Positions 9,251 to 17,860 of a DNA stretch of 64,000 nucleotides are shown here, piece after piece; positions within the stretch are counted from its first letter, which is position 1, and each line of letters begins with the position of its first letter. The stretch comes from an uncultured Candidatus Saccharibacteria bacterium (lineage in GTDB: Bacteria > Patescibacteriota > Minisyncoccia > Minisyncoccales > GWA2-46-15): contig CAYTHH010000001.1 in assembly GCA_964437545.1 (NCBI GenBank), forward strand, positions 14,381 through 78,380. The letters are read 5' to 3'. Made by a program: the position numbers and the translations under genes. The notes under the pieces are model-generated. The model searched no databases. It was given only the letters and a program-made list of their open reading frames with translations, and was not told the origin of the DNA.

Positions 9251-10018
9251 TTACTCTTTCCCCCTCTTTTTTTTGTGGCCGAGAATTTTTTCGACGACAA
9301 TGATCAACCTAATACCTCTTCTTGTGTCCAGATTTTGACAGATTTTTAGAAGCGGCCTGAAATCCTTGTTGAAGATAAAAACGATGTCTTTTTCTTCAAC
9401 TTGGGTTCGGAAGATTGGTTCAAAACCCATATATAAGCCAAGCTTGTAAATGGGTGAAGCAGGTGTTGTCCAGAAAAGGCAAGAAATAACTTGTCTCTCG
9501 AGCCATGCCCACTCCAGCCATGGCTGCAACAGCCCCCTTATAGGTTCGATGCCGTTTCGGAACCCGGCGACAATAGCAAACTCGTCTGCGTAAACGAATC
9601 TATTGACGTTTCGTCGCAAGAGCTGATTTGTGAGTTGATTAAAGTCAGTTGGCGACTTTCCTAATGATTTTGAGATTCTATTTTCAAGTTGATATGGATT
9701 CAGAATCTCACCCCAAGCAAAACCGACCACCGGCATTTTCTCGTTTCCTGCCATAGTGACTAGAAAGGAGGTTTTACGCCCTACTTCCATTTCTAGTTTT
9801 TGCTGGACAGTTTCTTGGCTCCAGTCTTCGACCCAGTAAGAAGCTTCTTTAAAGACCTTTTGATAGGCCTTTATCAAAGCTTGAAGGATTGCCCCGACAG
9901 GTGGTTGATGAGCTAGTATAAATCTTTCTGGAACCTTGATTGGCGCCATATTAGGTTTGTAAATTTTCATCAGCCTGGTCGCCAACTCCAAAATCCAACG
10001 AACAATCTTGTACTTCAT
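9251..10018 (-). CDS. Putative GNAT-fold acyltransferase
   Basis: VVGFAWG strand, FVYADEFAIVAGFRNG motif-A-like segment, IYKLGLYMGF motif-B-like segment; AAGGAGG SD. Confidence 0.6.
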   Translation of the reverse strand: MKYKIVRWILELATRLMKIYKPNMAPIKVPERFILAHQPPVGAILQALIKAYQKVFKEASYWVEDWSQETVQQKLEMEVGRKTSFLVTMAGNEKMPVVGFAWGEILNPYQLENRISKSLGKSPTDFNQLTNQLLRRNVNRFVYADEFAIVAGFRNGIEPIRGLLQPWLEWAWLERQVISCLFWTTPASPIYKLGLYMGFEPIFRTQVEEKDIVFIFNKDFRPLLKICQNLDTRRGIRLIIVVEKILGHKKKRGKE

Positions 10019-10122
10019 CTTAACCTCCTTTATAAAATAGTTTTGAATTTACTGGTTTTATTATAACACAAATATAAAAAAAGAAAAGATCCGATTTAAT
10101 TTAAACCAGGAAATTTTAAATC

Positions 10123-10197
10123 TTAAGCAAGAGAAAGACCAATGCTGGCCAGAGCCGAAACCCCGATCCCGCCAATGCCGATAAAATGTATTTTCAT
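10123..10197 (-). pseudogene. murC: Truncated duplicate of the murC 5' end (24 aa)
   Basis: Translates MKIHFIGIGGIGVSALASIGLSLA*; first 17 codons identical to murC; ATGA overlap with the HK1 stop. Confidence 0.9.
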
Positions 10198-10232
10198 CTT
10201 ATGGGAAGTTCAATGAAAAAGGTTGAACCCTT
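10145..10232. repeat. 88-bp direct repeat, copy 2
   Basis: Identical to 6708-6795. Confidence 0.95.
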
Positions 10233-11798
10233 ATCAATGCCGTCTGATTCTGCCCAAATTCTACCCGAATGCATTTCAACAAAGTGTTTAGCAATATATA
10301 ACCCAAGACCAGCTCCTTCGGGATGAGATTGAGATCCGATCACTCCCCGAGAAAAACTTCCAAATAGCTTAGCTAAATCTTTTTTACTCATTCCACCTCC
10401 AGTATCTTTTATTGTAATTTGAAATTTGGAATCTATAGTTTTAATATTAACCATTATCCCTCCTTTTTGTGTGTATTTTATGGCATTATCCACTAAGTTT
10501 AAAATAACCTGTCGTATTTTATTTTTATCTAACGTGGTTTTAGGAAGAGACTCAGTTGGTTTTTCAAGTTTTAAATAAAGTTTTTTCTTTTCTGCTGTAA
10601 TCTTTAAATCATTAATCACTCTCATGACTATTTCTTCTATTAAACATTCCTCTAGCTCAAGCTCTACTTTTCCTGATTCAATCCGAGAAATGCTTAAAAG
10701 ATCATTCACTAATTTAATTAATTTTTCATTGGAATTATATACATTTTCCAATGGCGTTTTAACTTTATCGACTAATTTTCCATAATAACCTTCAAGGATC
10801 ATTGAAATGTATCCCTTGATCGCAGTCAACGGTGTTCTGATTTGGTGAGAAGCGATGGAAATGAATTCCGATTTTGCACTGCTTAATTTTTCAACCTCTT
10901 TATAAGCGATTTGAAGTTTTTCGTTTAATATTGCTAATGTTTTGCGTTGTTCTATTTCGCTAAGAACACTTTTAATGAGTAGATAACCGAAAATGCAAAA
11001 GAGAGCTAAAATAATACCATATGATATTCTCCATAATAAAGTTTGAGCAGTAAGTATTTGAGAGAATAAAATTACTAAAATTATTCCTATTAATGTTTCT
11101 GTCAAAATAATTTTAATTCCAAATAACTGTTTAGCTATTATCGCATAAGCAGTGTAGCCTAAGAAAAAAATAATGGAAAAATTTCCAAATTGATAAAACT
11201 CATAACTGCCCCGGATGGCAGGAAAAACTACGTTAAAAACAATATTCATTATGAAGAATATTGAAAAGCCAAAGAAAAAATATTGTGTCTGAATTTTTTC
11301 TTTTGACGATAGCTTTAGAAATCTTATGAAGAGAATTATTAAAGATAATAACCAGATTATTCCCAGCATGGCAAAAGTCGGGAAAAAATTACCCAAAATA
11401 AGGTTTGTTCCCCAATCTTTCGATTCTATATCTTTAATAACCAAGGGCGTGAAAAGCGAGACAAGGGCGATGGTAACCGAAATAAAAAATATTATTTTTT
11501 CAAGAACAAGATATCTTTTTTGTTCTTTTGGGAATAAAAACGAAAAAAGAAATGTTGTGAAAAAGAATAAGGATAAAATAAAATATACAAGCCTATTCCA
11601 GATTAAAGAATTTGGTAACTGAGATGGAATGTCTGAAATAAATGCAAAAGTAATCCAAAGTAATGCTAAAAAGGTCATTACACAGAAAAGTTGATTTAAT
11701 TGGCTTTTTTTATTCGAAAAATAAACCAACAGGATTAATAAAATCCCTATGAAATCAATTAAAATTATGAGTATTGTTGAGATAAAAAGAATATCCAT
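10194..11798 (-). CDS. Sensor histidine kinase with N-terminal multi-TM (HisKA_7TM-like) domain, HK1
   Basis: Multi-TM N-terminus, SHQIRTPL, NLVDNAIKYT, DTGGG, GAGLGL. Confidence 0.93.
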   Translation of the reverse strand: MDILFISTILIILIDFIGILLILLVYFSNKKSQLNQLFCVMTFLALLWITFAFISDIPSQLPNSLIWNRLVYFILSLFFFTTFLFSFLFPKEQKRYLVLEKIIFFISVTIALVSLFTPLVIKDIESKDWGTNLILGNFFPTFAMLGIIWLLSLIILFIRFLKLSSKEKIQTQYFFFGFSIFFIMNIVFNVVFPAIRGSYEFYQFGNFSIIFFLGYTAYAIIAKQLFGIKIILTETLIGIILVILFSQILTAQTLLWRISYGIILALFCIFGYLLIKSVLSEIEQRKTLAILNEKLQIAYKEVEKLSSAKSEFISIASHQIRTPLTAIKGYISMILEGYYGKLVDKVKTPLENVYNSNEKLIKLVNDLLSISRIESGKVELELEECLIEEIVMRVINDLKITAEKKKLYLKLEKPTESLPKTTLDKNKIRQVILNLVDNAIKYTQKGGIMVNIKTIDSKFQITIKDTGGGMSKKDLAKLFGSFSRGVIGSQSHPEGAGLGLYIAKHFVEMHSGRIWAESDGIDKGSTFFIELPIR

Positions 11799-11806
11799 TA
11801 AATATC

Positions 11807-13336
11807 TTATATAATGAATTTCATCTTACCACTTTTTGATAACTTAAACTCATTCTGCCCAAATTTTCGAATTTCAATCCTTGGGATACAAAGTTCAGAA
11901 TTATCTTCATAAGACCGTTTAAAATCATGGTTCCGTGTTAAAAGCGTATTCAAAATTAGGTGCTTATAATCTTCTTTTAACTTAATTTCTTCTTCTTGGG
12001 TTATGTTTTTATCTTTTTTTAACTCTAAGTAGATATAAAATCGCCAATCGCCATTCTCATCAGTTTTTTTAGATAACTTAAAGTTAGTAAAATTTGAGCT
12101 TTTATCAATTATATCTTGGATTGTCATGGGAAAAACATTTGCTCCGTCTAAAGAAATACAGCTTTCTCTCCCTTCTACAAATAAGAATGGCTGCGCATAT
12201 GGTTTAAAATAGGGAGCTTTTTCTTTAAGCTCACCCAGAAGGTCTATGCCCTCTTCCTTAAAAATTTCTAAAACCTTTTTGAATGAGATCATGCCGCCAA
12301 TATCTCGAATATTGTATCTTATTAACGGTATTGATCCTCTGAAAGTAATAATTAAATTCTCATCTTCTTCTTCGACAAAATAAGCAGAAGTATTCAACTG
12401 TGTTAAGCTTACAACATTTCTTTTTTTCCCCAAAATTTTTGCTTGAATGTTTTTATTACTGACAATAAAATCTTGTATTAAAGCTGTCAGGCAATTACCA
12501 TAACTTATTCCTCCTGCATCCGCTGTTCCGTAAACATCAACAATATTATTCAATTCTTTTGGTTCTTTGGCAAATTTATTTATTAGATTTTGTCGAAAAT
12601 CATAGGACATTCCCTCGCCGCCATAGTAAAATTTAATATTATGTTTTTTCCAATCTATCCCATCTTTTTCTCCAGTATCTAAAAATAATTTGAAAAAATA
12701 AGGATATCCGCCAAAAATTATTTGATCATACTTATTAATGAACTTTTTGATAATTGCTAATGTTCCTTCCAAATCAGACCCGGGAGTTGCTATAGTTAAT
12801 AAGCCTTTATTGCGTAATGCAATATCTTTCCAGAACCAAGTATTTAGTTCTCCTGCTATATAGTTGCCCAAAGAGAAACAAACAATGATAAGAGTGGATT
12901 TTTTTTGGGTTTGCCAAATGTTTCTTGCCATCATTTCAAAATAAAGAGAAATCATTTTGTCTTGAAATGAGTTCCTTGGCCAAAATACCGGTTCTCCAGT
13001 TGTGCCAGAAGTAGTTGCTAGCGTAAAGAGATCTGAATATGGTTCAAGAAGCCGTTCATCCAAATCATAATGAAAGATATAATTTTCTTTAGTTGTAACT
13101 GGCACATACTTTTTAAAATCTTCAATCGTTTGTATTTTTTCATGATTTTCAACCCCATTTTTCTTTAAAAAATCCTTATAAGCCGAAACTTTTTCTGCTA
13201 CTTCGTGAAAAGTGTTTAATGCCTTTTTTTCTCCTTGTTTTTCCCACCACTCTGCTGGTCTCGATGCAAAAAACTTATTCGCCCTATCAGGGTTAGATGT
13301 TATAAATTTTCGCATTATATTTCCTATTTTTGACAT
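11807..13336 (-). CDS. Phenylacetate-CoA-ligase (PaaK)-like adenylate-forming enzyme
   Basis: TTSGTTGEP P-loop, YGTADAG, PLIRYNIRD, EGR. Confidence 0.85.
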   Translation of the reverse strand: MSKIGNIMRKFITSNPDRANKFFASRPAEWWEKQGEKKALNTFHEVAEKVSAYKDFLKKNGVENHEKIQTIEDFKKYVPVTTKENYIFHYDLDERLLEPYSDLFTLATTSGTTGEPVFWPRNSFQDKMISLYFEMMARNIWQTQKKSTLIIVCFSLGNYIAGELNTWFWKDIALRNKGLLTIATPGSDLEGTLAIIKKFINKYDQIIFGGYPYFFKLFLDTGEKDGIDWKKHNIKFYYGGEGMSYDFRQNLINKFAKEPKELNNIVDVYGTADAGGISYGNCLTALIQDFIVSNKNIQAKILGKKRNVVSLTQLNTSAYFVEEEDENLIITFRGSIPLIRYNIRDIGGMISFKKVLEIFKEEGIDLLGELKEKAPYFKPYAQPFLFVEGRESCISLDGANVFPMTIQDIIDKSSNFTNFKLSKKTDENGDWRFYIYLELKKDKNITQEEEIKLKEDYKHLILNTLLTRNHDFKRSYEDNSELCIPRIEIRKFGQNEFKLSKSGKMKFII

Positions 13337-13538
13337 AGTTTTATTTTTCTATTAATAAAAAACTCCATTTTTAATGGAGTTCTGCAAATTTTAAGACATC
13401 AATTTTTACTTGAAGAAAAAATATTAGTATTTTTCTCATATGATATAGAGGATTCATATATTATTTTATCTTAAAATATTAGAAGTTGTCAACAAATCGC
13501 ATGGATCTATAATATATTGTAAAAAAACAGGGTAGCAC

Positions 13539-14315
13539 CTAAGTGCTACCCCTTTCGACTGGATCAAACTGCGTGACGAGCTGTGGAGTTTCATTTTTCA
13601 CCATTTTTATAATGGCGGAAACTCCCAGCATTGCTGCTGTGAAGGCGGCAATGATTGGTTGTGGATAGTGCCTTAATTCTCCCGTTTCCATCTGCTTCAA
13701 GATGGGGTAGAGATAAGGAGGGATATTGACACTTTCCATGATGTGATTCAGTGGTTCCATTGCAGGAATCTTTTCGAATTCCTTTAGGGTCATAGTGACT
13801 GGAATTCCCAAAAGGTTTTCAAAGACATTTTCTTTCTTAGGATCAAAAGAGAAAATGGCAGCCCCCCATCCTATATCAATAGGATAAAGGAACCACTTTC
13901 TTTGCTCTCGGCAAACCCTTGCCAGAGCAAGTGAAACTACGATTCCGGGCATTGGATCGATACAATCGATTACCACATTAACTAGAGAAGCGAAATCAAG
14001 GGCATTATTCTGGGTTACAAAATCTGCCCATGTCTCGATTACTGCTTCTGGATTGATGTTCAAAATGTGGTTTGACAAAGCAACAGCTTTGTTTTCACCG
14101 ACATCCTTAACACCATATGCCTGATGGTTGAGGTTTGCTACTTCAACTAAATCAGGATCAGCGAACAGGAATCGTTCAACTCCGACGCGGCATAATACTT
14201 CGGCGATGAAAGATCCCATTCCACAGCCGGCGATTCCGACACGGATTCGCCGTAGGTTTTCCTGCTCTTCTTTCGAGAGAAGCGGGAAATTCCTGGATAC
14301 CAATTCTTCGTACAT
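13539..14315 (-). CDS. ThiF/E1-like adenylyltransferase
   Basis: SRN, VGIAGCGMGS, ADPDLVEVANLNHQ, GENKA, VIDCID; no C-terminal CxxC Zn pairs. Confidence 0.88.
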   Translation of the reverse strand: MYEELVSRNFPLLSKEEQENLRRIRVGIAGCGMGSFIAEVLCRVGVERFLFADPDLVEVANLNHQAYGVKDVGENKAVALSNHILNINPEAVIETWADFVTQNNALDFASLVNVVIDCIDPMPGIVVSLALARVCREQRKWFLYPIDIGWGAAIFSFDPKKENVFENLLGIPVTMTLKEFEKIPAMEPLNHIMESVNIPPYLYPILKQMETGELRHYPQPIIAAFTAAMLGVSAIIKMVKNETPQLVTQFDPVERGST

Positions 14316-14363
14316 TTTGACTCCTTCCTTTTTAGATTGACAAGATACTATTTTAGTATTTCT

Positions 14364-14392
14364 ATTATAATATTAAATTCTATAAATGTCAA
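14364..14392 (-). promoter_or_regulatory. Consensus sigma70 promoter of the ThiF-like gene
   Basis: Minus strand TTGACA-17 nt-TATAAT. Confidence 0.8.
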
Positions 14393-14568
14393 ATGGAGAT
14401 ATAAGACTACATGGCTTAATTACAGGGTTTGTTAAAACTAAAAAAAAGAAAACCCAATGTATTCTCATAATATCAAGTTTTTCTTTTCACAAGGGTTAAA
14501 ACCAAAATACTAACAGGTATCGTAATTTATAGACTGTCTATAATAACCTTTAAAATACGAAAAGAGGT

Positions 14569-15141
14569 TTAAGTGAACGAAAGACCGACGCTTGCCAAAA
14601 CAGTATATTCAGGACCTTCTTTCTTTAACTCGCTAGCCATTACCTCAATTGATGAGACTGGGATTTTTAAATCAATATTTTTATCTACTAATGGCACTTC
14701 TTCTATTTCCATTTGCCTGAGCTGCCATTCTTTTATCCTGGCCAAAGTGACATGGGGAGAAAAAGGATGATTTTCTTCATTCATCTCTGCCGGCACTTTT
14801 TCGTACAAAGAGTTTTCCAGATCATTTTTTAAGGATGTTAACTCTTTTGAGGGCAAGCCATTGGCCCAAACCATTCTTGGCGGTATTTTCTTTGGCGGCC
14901 CAAAAGAAATATTATTCAGTTCTAAAGTAAACGGAGAATGTTTTTGGCCGATTTCTTCAACTGCCCGACAAGTGGTTAAAACCTCTTCATCATTCAAATT
15001 TCCCAAGAAAAAAAGCGTCAGATGAAGATTGTCCCTTCTAGTCCATTTGCAAGGCAGATCCAAGTATTCATCTTTTGTCCGGTATAGCTTTTCTCTGATG
15101 TTTTTAGGAAAGTTTATGGCAATAAAAATTCTATTTCTCAC
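14569..15141 (-). CDS. thpR: RNA 2',3'-cyclic phosphodiesterase (2H family)
   Basis: Two HxT motifs (HLTL, HVTL), RIFIAI start. Confidence 0.9.
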   Translation of the reverse strand: MRNRIFIAINFPKNIREKLYRTKDEYLDLPCKWTRRDNLHLTLFFLGNLNDEEVLTTCRAVEEIGQKHSPFTLELNNISFGPPKKIPPRMVWANGLPSKELTSLKNDLENSLYEKVPAEMNEENHPFSPHVTLARIKEWQLRQMEIEEVPLVDKNIDLKIPVSSIEVMASELKKEGPEYTVLASVGLSFT

Positions 15142-15239
15142 GTTACCTATTAGATTAATTATAGGGTTATGTTGTATATTGAATTAATTGCAGGATCATA
15201 TGATTGAATTGTAGCAGAAATCAGAATATAATTAAACAA

Positions 15240-15491
15240 ATGGATAAAAAATCAGAGACAAGGCCATTCACCAAATCCCCAGAAAGGAAAATAAGTATTA
15301 GAAAGTCAGAACCGGAATTAAAAAGATTCAAGCTTTCTTTTAAAGAGATTGTAATTAGTATTGGTGTTGTTTTGGGCGGCATTTTAGGAATATTGATGGT
15401 AATAGCTCTTTTAATCAGTATTGTTGTTGTAATTGTTTCTAATATAAAAGCTATTATTTATATGTTGAACTCATATATGAACGATGTTTAA
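15240..15491 (+). CDS. Small hypothetical membrane protein
   Basis: Basic N-terminus then a long hydrophobic segment; ATG at 15240 preferred to TTG at 15204. Confidence 0.5.
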   Translation: MDKKSETRPFTKSPERKISIRKSEPELKRFKLSFKEIVISIGVVLGGILGILMVIALLISIVVVIVSNIKAIIYMLNSYMNDV

Positions 15492-15571
15492 AAAATCAGA
15501 AAAATAGCTTTAAGAATTTCCCAAAGCAAGGCGACTACTCATGACGTATTGCTGATTCTTAATAAACGAAT

Positions 15572-16206
15572 GCTTCGCGGAAACGTAAAATGAAGATTCT
15601 TTCAGAATCTACAGACATATTTACGAGCAATGTATAAGCAAAGCTTAGCCTTTCCGCTTCGCGGAAACGTAAAATGAAGATTCTTTCAGAATCTACAGAT
15701 ATATTTCATAATTAATGTATAAATGAAAAAAATATCTAAAAAGAAGAAAAAAGAAGAAACAGATATCCAAAAAATCGTTAACTACTACTTTTGCAGCAAG
15801 GGATTGTCTTTAGATCAGATCAAAAAAGACGCTAAAAAGAAAAAAATCATTTATTCAAGGTTTACCAGGCCAGCTAAACAACTTTTGGTTTTGGCAGGAT
15901 CGTCTAAAAAAGCTACGGCGGCTATTGATAAAGTGGCTAAATGGGCTAATTCAAGAAAACTGGATTATGCTATTGAAACTGTTTTTAAGAAGTGGTTGGA
16001 ATTAGACAGATTAAAACCCAAAGAAATAGTTAAAAAGCCTTATTTTCAGGGAGATCCTTTGATCTGGTCAGAGTCTAAGAAAAAATGGTATGTAGTTACT
16101 AAATATGGCGACTGGCTGGAATTTGTCGGCAAAGAAGAAGAAGTTGAGTGGCGAATTTCAAAGTAAGCAAAGCTTAGCCTTTCCCTTCGCGGAAACGTAA
16201 AATGAA
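15572..16206 (+). repeat. Three copies of the fmt-start sequence cttcgcggaaacgtaaaatgaa
   Basis: 15572-15622 matches 15656-15706 (1 mismatch); 15635-15678 matches 16164-16206 (1-nt indel). Confidence 0.85.
15723..16166 (+). CDS. Hypothetical basic protein
   Basis: 147-aa ORF directly upstream of fmt. Confidence 0.7.
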   Translation: MKKISKKKKKEETDIQKIVNYYFCSKGLSLDQIKKDAKKKKIIYSRFTRPAKQLLVLAGSSKKATAAIDKVAKWANSRKLDYAIETVFKKWLELDRLKPKEIVKKPYFQGDPLIWSESKKKWYVVTKYGDWLEFVGKEEEVEWRISK

Positions 16207-17125
16207 AATAGTTTTTTTCGGTACTCCAAAATTTTCAACTATAATTCTTGAAGCATTAATTGTTAGCGGTTATGCTCCGGTTTTAGTAGTGACGGCCGGT
16301 AACAAGCCAGTGGGCAGAAATAAAGTCATTACTCCCCCACCCGTAAAGGTTTTGGCCCTAGAGCATCAGATAAGAATATTGCAACCCCAAGATCTTGAAA
16401 GCATTGAACCAGATCTTAAAGCTCTTAATCCCGATCTGGTTATTGTCGCTGCCTACGGCCCGCCTTTTCTAACTCAGAATATCCTTCAATACAATTGTTT
16501 AAATGTTCATCCCTCTTTGCTGCCAAAATACCGAGGAGCATCGCCAATTCCAGGCGCTATTCTTAGCGGTGAAGGACAGACAGGAGTAACGATTATTAAA
16601 ATGACGGACAAAATAGATCATGGCGATATTGTTGCTCAAGAAAAACTGGCTATTGAATCTCAAGATACTGCCATATCTCTAACAGAAAAACTAGCTCAGC
16701 TTGCAGCCCAACTTTTAGTTAAAACTATTCCCTTATGGATTAAGGAAGAAATTGTGTCCCGATCCCAGGGTCAATCGCCAACGCCCTACTGCCCTCAATT
16801 GAAAAAACAAGATGGCCGAATAAATTGGCAAAACAACTCAGAATATATTGAAAGGCAAATTCGCGCTTATCATCCTTGGCCAGGCACTTTTACTCTTTTT
16901 AAGGGTCAGATCTTGAAAATTTTAAAGGGTTATGTTACAGAAAAAGAAGAAACCAAACTGAATCCAGGTTTTGTTTTTTTAACCAAGGCCGAGAAAAAGC
17001 TGGCTGTTCAAACTAAAAAGGGCGTTTTAGTGATTGAGATGCTACAGCTTGAAGGCGGTAAACCGCTTTCAGCTGAAGATTTTTTTAGAGGTCATCGGGA
17101 AATCATCGGCGCAATTCTTCAATAA
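16202..17125 (+). CDS. fmt: Methionyl-tRNA formyltransferase
   Basis: IVFFGTP, NVHPSLLPKYRGASPI, DHGDI, PWPG. Confidence 0.95.
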   Translation: MKIVFFGTPKFSTIILEALIVSGYAPVLVVTAGNKPVGRNKVITPPPVKVLALEHQIRILQPQDLESIEPDLKALNPDLVIVAAYGPPFLTQNILQYNCLNVHPSLLPKYRGASPIPGAILSGEGQTGVTIIKMTDKIDHGDIVAQEKLAIESQDTAISLTEKLAQLAAQLLVKTIPLWIKEEIVSRSQGQSPTPYCPQLKKQDGRINWQNNSEYIERQIRAYHPWPGTFTLFKGQILKILKGYVTEKEETKLNPGFVFLTKAEKKLAVQTKKGVLVIEMLQLEGGKPLSAEDFFRGHREIIGAILQ

Positions 17126-17163
17126 TTTTTATACTAAATACAAGATACTATATACTATAATTT

Positions 17164-17727
17164 ATGTTGGGTTATTTTGATTTAAGAAGAGGCGTTAGAT
17201 TTATTTACGACGGTCAGCCCTGGGAGGTTTTAGATTTTAACCACATGAAGAAAGCTCAGCGAGAAGGCATCGCCCAAATTAAAATGAAGAATTTGATTAC
17301 CGGCAAAGTTATAGAACAAAGTTTTCATTCCAGCGATAACTTTGAAGATGCTGATATTAAAAAACTGCCTTCTAAATTTCTTTACAACCACAAGGATAAA
17401 TTTTTCTTTTGCGAGGCAGATGATGCTTCAAAAAGATTTGATTTAACTCAAAAGCAAATTGGTTCCGGATTCCAATTTCTAAAAGCTGGAGAAATAATCG
17501 ATGCTTTTCTATTTGAAGACAAGATTATTAGTGTTGGCTTGCCAATCAAAATTAAATTAAAAGTTACTGAAGCTCCTCCTGGAATCAAAGGAGATCGGGC
17601 CCAGGGTGGCATGAAAACAGTGGTTTTAGAAACAGGAGCTATTATTAACGCTCCCCTATTTATCAACGAGGGTGATATTATTGAGATCAATACTGAGACA
17701 GGAGAATATGTTAGAAGGGCTGAGTAA
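17164..17727 (+). CDS. efp: Elongation factor P
   Basis: PGIKGD, LETGA...PLFINEGD..INTETGEYVRR. Confidence 0.95.
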   Translation: MLGYFDLRRGVRFIYDGQPWEVLDFNHMKKAQREGIAQIKMKNLITGKVIEQSFHSSDNFEDADIKKLPSKFLYNHKDKFFFCEADDASKRFDLTQKQIGSGFQFLKAGEIIDAFLFEDKIISVGLPIKIKLKVTEAPPGIKGDRAQGGMKTVVLETGAIINAPLFINEGDIIEINTETGEYVRRAE

Positions 17728-17737
17728 TAAATAAATC

Positions 17738-17768
17738 AAAAAACCGCTAGAATTTCAGCGGCTTTTTT
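17738..17768 (+). terminator. Intrinsic terminator after efp
   Basis: ccgct...agcgg stem with U tract. Confidence 0.7.
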
Positions 17769-17834
17769 ATTACAAGATAAGGATTAATTCCTTCTGAAAA
17801 GTCGTTTCGCTCTAAGCGGAACGAAGCGTAAAAT

Positions 17835-17860
17835 AGTCCCACGGGCTTGCCCGTGGGACT
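17835..17860. repeat. Perfect GC-rich hairpin resembling an IS200/IS605 end or REP
   Basis: agtcccacggg cttg cccgtgggact (11-bp stem). Confidence 0.55.

Noticed and set aside
11807-13336. Phenylacetate catabolism
   Set aside because: No other paa genes; only the adenylate-forming fold is supported.
13539-14315. ThiF-like gene as part of a CBASS/ubiquitin-like defence system or thiamine/Moco synthesis
   Set aside because: No E2, JAB, cyclase, ubiquitin-like, ThiS or MoaD gene nearby.
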